From: Schizochytrium sp. TIO01
Lineage: Eukaryota > Protista > Bigyra: Labyrinthulomycetes
Assembly: GCA_004764695.1 (NCBI GenBank)
Contig: SMSO01000031.1
Location: 4,378,436 to 4,442,435, forward strand
Length of the DNA: 64,000 bases
Reading direction: 5' to 3'
Within the stretch, counting starts at the first letter, position 1. Each line of letters begins with the position of its first letter. The position numbers and the translations under genes are program-made. Positions 25,609 through 37,900 of the stretch are shown here, piece after piece. The notes under the pieces are model-generated. The model worked only from the letters and a program-made list of their open reading frames with translations, ran no database searches and had not been told where the DNA came from.

Positions 25609-25960
25609 ATGCCACCGAAGCTACTGCAACGTTCGTTCGAACCCGAAGTCTACGTACCTCCGGATAAGTGCCGCACGTATTACATGACAGAACCGGGTTC
25701 TGATGGGCGACTCTGCGAAGACCTCGTTTGCGCAAGAGAGCTCTCTTATCAGTGCGCAAGAAAGTACACACCGGAACCAATAAGCGGAGCAGATTTCAGT
25801 TCTATTAGTGCGCACCTTGGTATTATTATATTATTAGCAGTGCCAGTGGTCCCTCCGTATATTAATTAGCTCCGGAGTCTTTCTACTTCTACTTCACCAT
25901 GAGGTGGAGCAAGCAATATCTACTTCACCCCGAACTCGCAGTTCTGCTGTGATCGATCAT
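25609..25960 (+). pseudogene. Possible decayed fragment of a C-type-lectin-like single-pass membrane protein
   Basis: DKC-x11-GRLCEDLVC-x5-YQCARK resembles the C-terminal end of a CTL domain. It is followed by hydrophobic LGIIILLAVPVV, and ILISSGVFLLLL follows in a shifted frame. Confidence 0.25.
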
Positions 25961-28900
25961 ACAGATTACCAGCAACCGACAACCGCAGCTGATGAGAGGT
26001 TCTACAATTTATTTAACAAGGGGTAGGCAGCGACATCAGCACCAGGCAAGAAGTTGTCTTCGTAATACTCGCCGCAGTGCGCTTCTTGTTATGCTCGGAG
26101 CAAGATGGGGTATGTCGTCTTACAAGAGTAGTAGCATGGGCCTTTGCAAACATCCAAGAAAAGGAGCAACACGCTCTCTACTCTGGAGAGTAAACTCGAG
26201 CGACCACACCGAGCATTGTCACAAAAGGCTGGCCCGAACATAATGCAACTTTATGAATAGCAGTACCTGGTGCCATGATAATATGTTGGAGTTTAATCAT
26301 GTTTGTTTGTGTGAGAAGCTTGAAGTAGAGTGAGAACTATAAACGCGGCGATGAGCAAAGTAATAGGACGACTGAACGGAACCGAATCAAAGTACCCTGA
26401 TGGCCTTTACTAAACGTTGACTCCATGCAAACAAGCAAGCAAGCAATAATTCATTTATTTTATAGGCATTCCTTCTTTTTATTGTTATCGATAAAAGAGC
26501 TCAACTAGTTGAAATAAACTGGCGACTGGCCAAGAAGCACGTTTTCAACGATCCCCAAATCTCGCAATTAATTAATTACTTTTCCCCCTTCCTCTCCTGT
26601 TGTCGTGCCTTTAACCAAGTGCTAAAGAAAGAACAATAAATTGCAGGGTAGCTTATTAGAAATGCATAAAATTGCACGCGTTAAAGCCCTCTTCACTCAG
26701 AATTCGCTGTTAGTCAGTTGGCGAGGAGCTTGTGAATGCTTGCCAGGCAGCAACAGCAGCACCACCACTACCCCTAGCGAAAAAGTGCTGACACCCTCTT
26801 CCACCCAAGTCGGCATTTCTTTTCTTTTCTGCTCAAAAGGTTGAGAAGACTTCTTAAAAGCTAACAAACAATTGCTACCTTGATAGTCTGTCTGTCTCTG
26901 CCTTTCATTTTATTCTATATTGATCCACTGTTTAGTCTCGCGAGTACAAATTCTCATTCTGTTTATCGATGAACTAAAATCCTCAATGAAATTGAGATTT
27001 AAATTAAAAATAAGATTAAAAATAAGATTAAAATCGAAATAGTAATATCTATCATAATTGTGTGTAGTAAGACTTTCTTTCTTCTTTCTTTCTTTCTTAA
27101 CAACTTTCGAAAAGAGAGAAAAAGAAAAGAAAAGAAAAGAAAAGAAAAGGACCTTCCCTCTGTCAATTGGCTGGCTGGCTGGCTGATGCAAGTCACCCGC
27201 GATCCGCCACGATGAGAGGTGGTAAGATCGCTGAGTGTGTGGATCGCGTGTATCTTCGCACGACATGGACTTGTAGCATGGTGTTTTCACTCTTTATTGG
27301 AAAAAGCAGTGCGCTTGGTCGAGTTGACTGGAGGAGCGGGCCTCATCAGATAGCAAAAGAGCTGACATTGCTTCTGAGGAAGATTGGCATTGACAAAACG
27401 GACCCCGCGATTCATGAGGAGATCAATTAACAGCGCAGCTAGAACCAGTAGGGAGCGGATAGATGATGCATGCATGCATGCCTACCTACTTCTCTTGTTG
27501 AAAGAGCGCATTTTCTGTTTGGCCTGGGACTCTGAGTTTCGTGAGTACAGGTAAAGGAGTCGGGCCAAGATGAGGATAGGGAATGGTGACGAGTGTGACG
27601 ACGCGACGCCAAGGTCTAGGCAATGCTGCAAGGAGTTTTTCTGGATCAAATTAGGATAAGGATTTTATATTTTACTACAACGATTTCAGGAGAAGGTGTC
27701 ATTGCCCAGGTTCGAGTTGCTCATCTTTGCCCCTTTGGCTCTACAAACTGACTGGTTGTGAGACTACTACATGTTGAGAAGAAGGGGGAATAATATCATC
27801 CCTTTTACTTCATGAATAACATAGCTCTACTTCATGAAAGCAGCCTGCGACTTGAGCGCGTCTCTCGAAAGCAATAGAATACTTTGCTGAGCAAGAACAG
27901 CGATTGCAAGGAGGACAGGAATAGCAAGAGCATCCAGTCAACAACCACTGACGAGTCACGAGGATGGAAAGATCTTTGTGGCAAAAAGACGCGCAGTCTT
28001 GTGAAGGAAGACCTGTGTTCGAGGCAAGGCAATGAGTGGCAATGGGTGGCAATGGGGAGCCCGAGGTAAGTGCCATTGCAGACAAGAAGAATCGTCTCAG
28101 CGCAATGCTGGTGCATGAACAGAGTTGTCAACCTGTCATGATACTTCCCTCGTGAAATGCAGCACAGCGAATACCATCGGCATTTTACTTGGCAAGCGTA
28201 ATATCAGCCATGGAAAAGGAAAACCAACTTCGATCTTTGCGCTGAAGCTAGGAAGTTACAGAGTCGAAGGCTCAAAACCACACAGGTGGTTGATGCGCTG
28301 AAGGTGCTTTCTAGTCGTAGATCTTGGAAATTGAATTGTAATATTAGCAAAACGCAAGGGTGGCGGATGATGATGCCGTCGTTGGCTGCAAACCAGTCAA
28401 TCTTTTTACTGGAAGAAACCAATTCTCCCAGGTAGCGTTTCTTTTCCCGTAAATTATTATTATTATTGTACACTGTAACGAAAACAACAGAACCGGGAAG
28501 TCTATAGACCAAGATGAGCAGGACTGAGATTTCTGAACAAGACACAGGTTTTCAAGTCTCTTTTCTGGCTGAAACTATCATTCATTTACAAAATGGATTG
28601 GTACGAGATATTTACCATGGATCAGTATGTTATTAAAATAGATTGCTCCACTTAAGTGTTTGTTATTCAAAGTTCATACCCCCGGCTTTTGAAGGCTTTT
28701 CATCAATTTCTGTGATACAGAGGAGAGCACCAATTTTGATATAATGTTCGAACAACCGAATTTGAATTGAGAGGAATCATCATTGAACACTAACATTCGC
28801 ATACGGGCCACCTTGGGAGTGACACTCATTTCCTCGAAATTGTGCAGCGATTAGTTTTCTCTGCTTTTACAGTTGGAGATTTCGAACGTCACATTGAAAA

Positions 28901-31900
28901 GAAGGAAAAGCGAGCGCACCCATCACGGCCTTGGAAAATCACAGCAACGAGATATCCTTGTAACAAAACATCGAAGAGATGGAAGTGTCTGTACAATATC
29001 AATATGATTAGTCAATGGTCGAAATGGTACTTTGCCATCTTGCTGTGTTGCTGGCTAGCATTGTGATGACTGCTCAGCAATATTCGACTAGTTTTTGGCA
29101 AAGATCTTCATTGCATTTGAAAATAACTCTAGCATATAAAACTTTGCAGATCGTTGCAGAAGCGTGTCTCAGGCAAGCGAGCTAAGTTACCCGACGTAAT
29201 CATCAAGCTAAAACAGAAAACGACGCGAATGAGGTCTTGAGGTCCACCCAGAGTGCAAGGATTCCTTACTGTATTGATTTGCACAGGAGTAGGTAGATCT
29301 GATATGTCCCGAGGAATGCTTCAAAGAAAAACAGGAAACAATAGTAAGCATAGCGCAAGAAAACCTTAGCCAGATCCTGACAGAGTCACTTCACTTAATC
29401 TGCTCAAAACGGAACGGGAGGAGTGAGCACAACCCACATTTGTATCCTATTTTGTTCAATCAACTATTGTACTGGGGAAATTCAAGGGGTGCGTCATTTC
29501 ATATAGATATGCATCAAGACTCTCAACTGATCGTGTGCCTGCGTAGTAGTTAGAGAAAAAACTTGTGATGATACATTCGACACATGAAACGATAGGTCTT
29601 CTAGTAAGGTAACAACATTGTAACTCGTATATAAGCCACATTGCGTGCGCAATATAAAGGTAATCATATTGAGTCATTGTTGCCGTAAATTGATCCTTCT
29701 CAGCGCAAGTTTACCACTTTCACAGTGTTTCATCGTTCCCATCACATTGGACTCCATTTACTTCAGCAGCTTATTTTGCCCCACTGCCAACACTTTGAAG
29801 CCTAATTGGCTGTAAAGAAAAGTGCTTAGGTGCTCACTGCCGGGTCAATGGGTGAAGAGGCGCAGGCATTTGAACTCTCATGCCCTCTCGCCCTTTCGAA
29901 TGAGTTGCGTGTAATCCATTGTCTATATCCGAGTGAGATGGTCATTGAATGTGATTGCATTTGGCGTGGAAACCTCTTTTTATCAACTTATCTGAAAACC
30001 ATTTTGGCTTTTCCAAACATCGTTCGGTTGGACTGGGACCGTCTTGAATTCAGTAAAAAGGCTAGGAGAATTGTATATTGTTTCCACTAGGCAAGTCCGT
30101 ATAGAGTGTTCAATGTTATTTACCTTTGCGCAAGCTTTACCCAGAGTTCTTCCGATGGCACATGCTGCCATCATACCTCATGACCTCATTCGGTGATCGT
30201 TCTCTCCTTCCAACTGGCTAATAATTTGTATTCAAGCCAAAAGTTTCGTAGGCAGCCTCTGCTTCCGTGGCAAAAAGACAACCCTGAGCCCTTTGGCTGT
30301 CTTCTGAGAGGCAAACAACTTGAAGGGAAGGTGTCTTTTTCTATATTCCATGTAATTTCCTGTCCAAAAAGGTATGATAGGTCGGTACCATCACACAAAG
30401 ATGAGTGTATTAAAAATTACAGTGTTTCGTGCTTGCCAGTTCTTTCTTGTACTAATTGGAAACGACGATGCGAGTTCTCACAGCTACGCAAAAGTATCCC
30501 CTCATATCACTCGCTCGAAAGAACTGACGGGACCATCAGGGATCGATTGCAATTGGCCTGATTTCAATAATTGCGTCATGCCACAAAGTTGAAAGCAAGC
30601 ACTTCCTTCATGAAGGTAGCTGCTCAATTGGAGACGCTGATATCGTTGCGTCAAGCTAAATCAAAATAGACACAAAGAGCAATTAATAATTGCAGGCACT
30701 GACTCCACATGAAGCAATGATGGAGATCATCAGCAGGATGGTCCTTATCTCTTCTGCCAACGATAGCTTTAAGGGATCACAATACCATATAATTACTCTA
30801 CGTTCCCACTGCTACTTTCTAGTAAATGTAATACCCGTTTATTTATCTTTTGCTTCGCTCGTTGTATTCAGTCAACTCGAGAATATTTAAAAGAAGGTTA
30901 CAAGTAATATATATTAAATACCTACCTAGAGTTTGGGAAAAGTATTATTTGGTGACGGAGTTACGAAACAAAAGAAAAACTTGGTAGCAGGGCAGATAAC
31001 TAGGCTTTTAGTAGGTACGTACTATCGAAAGCCAGAATCAAGGAGCTCGCGAAACCCGAAGTGCAGGTGATTGATTGATTGAGGGTAGTTGTGTCTGGGC
31101 ATTTTCGTCATTCAAGCTAGCTATGACGAGTACACGGAGCTTGGAGAATTGAGTATAGCGAACTACGCGCAATGTAGCGAGTGCCTAGATTAGAGAATTC
31201 TTATCAAAGTTGACTTTTATTTACTTACTCTCTGTTGATTTCCTTTCTCTCTGTTTAACACTTTCTTTTCTTTTTATTAAACTTTATTATTTTTAAAATT
31301 ATAGAATTAAAAAAAAACACCCTTTGGATACCCGACCACGTGTATTATGTGCTAACTTCAAAATTACATTTTTTCAAATTAAAAAAAAAGTTAAACAAAG
31401 AGTTTTTAATTTTTAAACATTTATTTCAAAAAAAAAAAAAAAAGGCGAAAGAAAATATTTTTTGCAGAATCAAAGTTTAAAGTTTAAAGTTTAAGAATAG
31501 TCCTTCGTCCGGTATGAGAAGCCCTCCCTCTCCTTGGAAGCAAGCGAGGTCCTAGAGATCTCCGTAGCACATACATAGACAGGATCGTGCTACTTGCTCC
31601 AGCTGATACGATAGGGACTGCTTGTTTGTCTCACCTCGTCATCATTACGAACTACTACAGAGAACGAAAGTGCGGACCGACATGTTTGCTCGCTAGACCG
31701 CTGCCTATCCATTACCTATAAGAGTTGGGCTTTCAGAGTTCCTGCAAAAAAGGAAGGACACCTTGGACTTCGATTGTTGACGGTTCCACTTGAAGGAGCT
31801 CAATGTGCTCCCGTTTTACTCGAAGGTTTTCCTCCTGCACTGTATATCCATGCAGCCACGCCTCGCCATATGCATGCATACATGCATGCCAGCACCACGT

Positions 31901-34900
31901 GAGAGTGGCAGAGCTTTGCAGCGAAGGCGGCGTCTATGAGCTCTCGTCTACGTTTGAGAGTGTCTGTGCTGCATTTGCAGAAGGAAGGAAGGCTGGCTAC
32001 ACCCGATTCTGCAACCCAGCTTGGCCTGCTAGCAGCTAGATAGGCGTATCTCTACCGCTCGATTACAGTGGGAGAGCCAGGATAACACAGATTTGTAGCA
32101 CGGCCGAGACTGTTTCTTTGTTTTACTTTGATTTCGTTTGCTTTCGTTTGCTTTGCTATGGTTTGGTTTGGTTTGGTTTGGTGTGCTTTGCTCTGCTCGA
32201 GAGCTTGCTGCCTCTTCGGGGTCGAGAGGCTCTCGTGGCCAGTTCTTCTGTGAAGGTTGTTTCAGAGCAGAGCATGAAGAGTCAAGTCAAGTCCACAGAG
32301 AGCAGAGCGAGTTGTGGAAATCCAAGAATAAGACCGCTTGCAACTTCGCAGGCTTTGTAGACTTCTCTGTGGACTTGAAGGAGGAGGCTGTTCCTGTTCG
32401 TCTTTGGCTGCTTGAGTCTGTCTGGCTTCTCCGCCTGCCAGCGGGACTTTGCTATCTACATTGCCCAGCACTGTCGTCGATCAACCTGGAGTTGAAGACC
32501 GTGCAATAGCAGGCACCGGGCTGGCCTCTGCCCGATCAATCGAGCCTTGGGGGTCGGGAGCCTCGCTGCTGCTCAGGAAGGTCTTGCTGGCTCCTGGCGT
32601 TATGCATCAACATAGAAATCGAGTGAACTGTGCAAAGAAAGCAAGCAAAATACGAGTTGGAAAACAAGCAACCTACCCATCGCCAGGCGCGAGCTGGAAG
32701 CCCTTATGTATTGCTGTACCTCGCTAGATAGGTATTCTGTTCTTCAGGGGAACATTAAGGGGCGACAGAGTTATTGTGCTATTCTTTGCAAGATTGCAAG
32801 CGGAAGGGACAGGACCCGTAGCACAGTCTAGTCGTGGCTTTTGTGGGATCGTGCAGAACCAAGGTGAGCTGGTGGCAGAGTGGGTAAGCGGCGTCAGCAC
32901 GTTGCTCAGCGGCGGCGATGCAGAGGCGAGACTTGGTGGCCTTGGAGGCTAATTCCTTCCTTCAACCTCCTGGGGTTTGTGAAGAAGGAGAGAACCTCGA
33001 GTACCGTGCTTACTAGTAATAGCCATGTTGGAACTGCTAGCACTAGGTAACCTCCAAAATAGCACCAATGGACACGCGGTGTATTCTTCCAATGCGACAA
33101 GATAGTCTTGCAACGAGTGCAACTTGGCCCCATAAAGTCAAACATTCGCGATGGGCCACAGCTTGGAGTGATATCTTTTTGTACTAGAGGGCAGCAGATA
33201 TCAAGTAGGAAATTCCACCTCCTTCAACTTCGAAATTATACTCATTATGTGATAATACTAATCACCCACTCTTATTGCTGCTCATGATGTAAATTTTCAT
33301 TGTCGTAGATCGCGTGCTTGTTCTGTGGAGTGATTTCTCAAACTCTCTACGCATGATAACTAGCTTCAGGAGCAATGTGAAAGTGTGGCCTTTGAAGCCG
33401 CATGGTTCAACTAAAACGCTGTCAGCAAGAGTAATTTGGTTATTATTGTATTCTATCCAACACTGCCCACAAATCAAGTACGAGTTCGAAATTATCCTCA
33501 AATTAATATTCATTTTCATATCATTTTATAAATAACTATATGAATAAAACCTTGCCTATATGCTTTACATGCTACAGAATATTGTAAACCATGACCTTGC
33601 CTTACTCGCTATACAGCACAACACCAAAGTTGAGTCACCCTGTTTACACTTGGAGCTCGAGCGGGTGTACCAAAGCGAATCATACTGATCTCAACCTCCT
33701 CCTGCGCTAGAACATGTTCGACAGTCTCGATTCGCACACCTCCCACCCTTAACACCCTTTGACCCGGCAACATCCACCTTGGTGCACTAGTACTAAGTAG
33801 CAGGTTTTCCTTTGCCACTTCAACTACAGACTTCCGCGTGCAAGTAGCCGCGCAGGTGAACGAGGGGGTGATTGTCATTCACCCTTTCGAATTGTTGTGG
33901 AGACCAATTTTGACAGGAGGTTCAACTTCCATCTCGTGCAGGGTTTGCACGCGAGCAGACTTGGACTCCCTGGCAGAGTTCTCAAGGTAGTATAACTGAC
34001 TGGACAATGACCGACATGCCTCTCGCAAATCTCTGTAGAATGTGGAATTCCAACCCAGAAGATATAGAAACAGTGGCCGAGCGAGGGAGCACGCGACGAA
34101 GAGGAAACTTCTTCTCCCTTTGGCCGCGAGCAAAACCGAGTGAAAGGGGAGAAAAACTATCACAAAACCAATCGGAACTAGGGGTAAGATGTGACTTTGA
34201 ATAGAAACTGCTAGTTTCCAACTAGCACTAATCACATTAGGAGCAGATAAGAATTGAACGAAAATCGAGGCATAGGTGTGCACCTATTGAGTATCATCTT
34301 CTAAGTCAAGCAGCATCAATGCTTATACCTAGTTAGTATCAATAAATACACAATATTAGGTGGGTCTTTTCCCGGCACCTTTACGAATTAAACACTGGAG
34401 GTCAGACTCAGGTAACTAGCTTATTCGAGGATAGAAATTCTCCTCCAAGCCAAAGCGAGCTGGCTAAGAAGTAAAATACTCACTTCCAAGGCCCACCTCG
34501 CGAGCCCGTCACCTCTCCTGGTAACATAACATATTATTTCTTTCTGTAATCCTTTCTATTTTTATCTTTATTAACTAAGAGTACAAGTCTACTAAAGGGA
34601 ACTAGTAAAATCACAATTACTTCTATTATTCACCTATTGGCAATTATCCCCTTTTTTTGTCTTTATTTATCTTTTATAAAACAAAATGTAAAATTTATTA
34701 TTTATAAATGCATGCTATTATTCATAGTCTGAGGTAGGTAATTTATAAAGCCAAAAGTGAAAAATCATAACAAAGTGTGAATGCGAAACCGCGGCGGCCC
34801 ATTCTCTGCAAAAGGAGTGATTTAAAATAGACTGTGTGCAGATCGGCGAGAACGAACATTGCAATGCTCCCAATAGTGATGAACTGAGCTTACTTTCCCG

Positions 34901-37900
34901 AAGGACAGTTTGGTTTACCCTACGCAGATGTTAAAGTTAGCGGGGTAAGCTCGTCACCTTCTCTCGTGTTTTCAACATCCTCACGATGAAAAACTCGATA
35001 AAGATGGTTTGTGCCACCGAATCGGTGGTCTCCGAGTCCAGTTTGGCCAGCTGGCGATCTTATGTTCCCATCGATTGCACACTACGTTCACCTGTCGGAC
35101 CCAATTACAAAATAAAATCCTCCATCAAAAGAAATGTAAAAAAGAAAGGAAAACAAAATGGAAAACAAAGGAGGAGAAAACTTGCATTCAATGCTCTCCT
35201 GCCACAGGAAGGCTTCAAATAGGTAGACAGGTAAAACTACTGCGCAGCCAACATGTAGATATTGAGGCGGTGTGCTTAAATCCTCACCGCGGGAGCTGCG
35301 TAATGTGCACATCGAGCCAGATAGAAATACGAGCACAACACAAATTTGCGCAGAGTGACGCCGAATATTCTCTGTAGATAAGCGCGCGCACCTGGCCGAG
35401 TCAAATTTACACTACAACCTTTGTCTTGAAGGTGAAGCAAGTGCAAATAATGCGGTATAAAACTTTCCCCCCGACCCTACCGGGAGGAATAACAGTGTTG
35501 ATAGACTACAATATGATGAGTCACACCACCGTCAGCGCATGAAAGAGAATCGGTTGGGACCACACAACAAGAAAGGGCATTCATTTCCATTGGTTTCATA
35601 TGCTGATTTAGACGTTGTCGTGCGCTTCTAAGTTTTAAGAAAATGTGTGCATATATATATATATATATATATTAGAACGGAAGGCCAAAGAGCTTGGGTG
35701 TATATACGTTCTCTTACTTCGAGAAAAGTATCAAACCACACTACTAATCTAATGATAACTTGAGGCCAAATCTTACAAATTCTCGTCGCAATTAGAACAA
35801 GAACCTGTAAATCTTAACAGCACTCTGATTAGTCAGGTATTGCTTCTAAGAACCATTTATATCAACCATTTATATGCGAAGGACTAGAATGAAATTATAG
35901 CAGATATTTGCTTGTTTACCATTGAATAAGTGGAAAATAATCACATAAATTGAAAATACAAAATGAGAGGAGGGACTACAATTGCGTTCTCATTAATTTG
36001 CTTGGAGATTTAGCCACGAATGAGGCGAGATTGAGTTTTCCATTAAAACAACCATATTTTGTAAATTTGAAGTCAGCCTCACCAATCCTTTGGCATCTAT
36101 AAGAATAAAGATTAGGCGTTCGAAAGGCCTGCACGTGCTTGAATACAACTCGTAGGGTACGTCCTATACTGTCGCCATTGTAGTGCCTGTTTCCCCCTCT
36201 CAAATGCCAAGGTCACCAGCCCGTCTGTAACTTAACATGTTGACAGCATGAGTTAGTTTAATGTTAAATTTAAAAATTAGGTATAAACTTGAGATCGCAA
36301 ACTCGGACAACATAAAGATATCTTGAACTGATTGCCCGCTGTCCTCTGCGCGCTGATGTAGTAACTAAAAAAGGAAATCCTAAGTCACTAAGTCTATCTT
36401 CAACCTAAAGGCAGGATTTTATAGCGTCGTAACTTTAGAATACCTAGTATTATATAAGTCTAGAAAAAGAAAAGAAAAAAATATTGTTTTTAATGAAAAT
36501 ATATGTAAAAGGAAAGGCAAACTGAGCACTGCCACTTGGGTACTGGGAACTCACTCAATTAAGCACCCATTCTTACTTCCTCATCGTTGAAAATAACATT
36601 CTCTAGGTAGATCAGTACCTACTGCAGCACGCGGTTACACATTAAGTAGCCGAGTAAGAAAACAAACCACCGCAACTCAAAGCGTAATGAAACAACCACA
36701 GAAAGAGTTGTCTTCAGTTTCTTTAACTAAGTCGTTGCGAGTCCAGGTCACTGCAATCTTTCTTTACAAAGATAGCCACAAAATAGGTAAACTAAACATG
36801 TCGCTTGTAATCTCTTCAACCCTATACCCAGAGTATGTAGGTAAGCAACAATAACTACTAGTACTACGTATATACAATAGACAGATTTCTATCATCATTT
36901 GACTTGAGACACAAGAATAAGCCTTCAATTCAAATAAAACGCCATTGCTTTTTGGTTTCTTGTTGTATTCGTTGCTTTTCAGGCGCGAACCACCCATCCT
37001 ATGCGTTTACATTAGCAACCAACTTGAAAGAGCTAATCTCTTCCTTCCTCGTGCCACAAACTTCCAGAGTCTCGGGCTCTTTTTAAAGAGAAAAATGATG
37101 CAAGTATTGGAAAAGGCTCAAAGAAAGCAATCGATTCAGCCAGCCAGGCAGTCAGTCAGCCACTGGCAGTCAGTCAAATGGCAGGCTGACAGGACTCTCT
37201 TTCTGCACATATTTCTATCTACCTGCCCATGGATGCCATACATCGTGACACTTACAGCCTGAGTAAGAGCAGGCAAGGCTGGCAAAAGATCCGAACTCCA
37301 TAGGTCTTTACTGGCGGTCTCGAGACACGCGATCTTAAGTTTCTAAAATCCGGCGGTCAGGCAAGAGAAAGATGATGTGGCGGAAGCAGAAGAAGTAGGT
37401 TCCCTTTCTTACTTTATGAGTCAAATTTCGAGAGGCACGCGGCTTGCAGAGTCAAAATCTCTCTTCTTTGTAAGTTGAACATTTAGTTCGTTCTTAAATT
37501 TCGATCATGCGAGAATGCGAAACGGGAAAAAGCCAAAGCCAAACTGCAGATCATCTTCTACTTCAAAACACTCCACAACCTCGACTTTTCGCCAATTGCA
37601 ACCATTCGTCCTGTGAGTAGTCTTATAGCTTTGTTGTTCTTCCTACTCAACAGCAGTCCTCGCCCATACCCTGATTGGCCTCGGGCAGCAACCCCTGCAT
37701 AAAACCATCACTAAGTAGTGCTACGAGATGAATAAAGCGACGAAGCGCCCTGGTTACTCTTTTCAGCTCTCGATCGAAAAACACTTCCACTTAAACACCT
37801 CTTCTTCCAGAGTGACTTTTTTTCAAGGTAAGTATTTCTTATCAACCTCATATATAAATGAATACAACTTAGCTTTTTAAAAATTTTAATTTTTTTAATA

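Noticed and set aside
26400-26416. U5 snRNA loop-I-like GCCTTTACTA
   Set aside because: One T short of the invariant loop, with no enclosing stem or Sm site.
28600-30900. Degenerate transposon or gene in a microsatellite-poor block
   Set aside because: Only short ORFs; no RT, integrase or transposase motif and no terminal repeats recognised.
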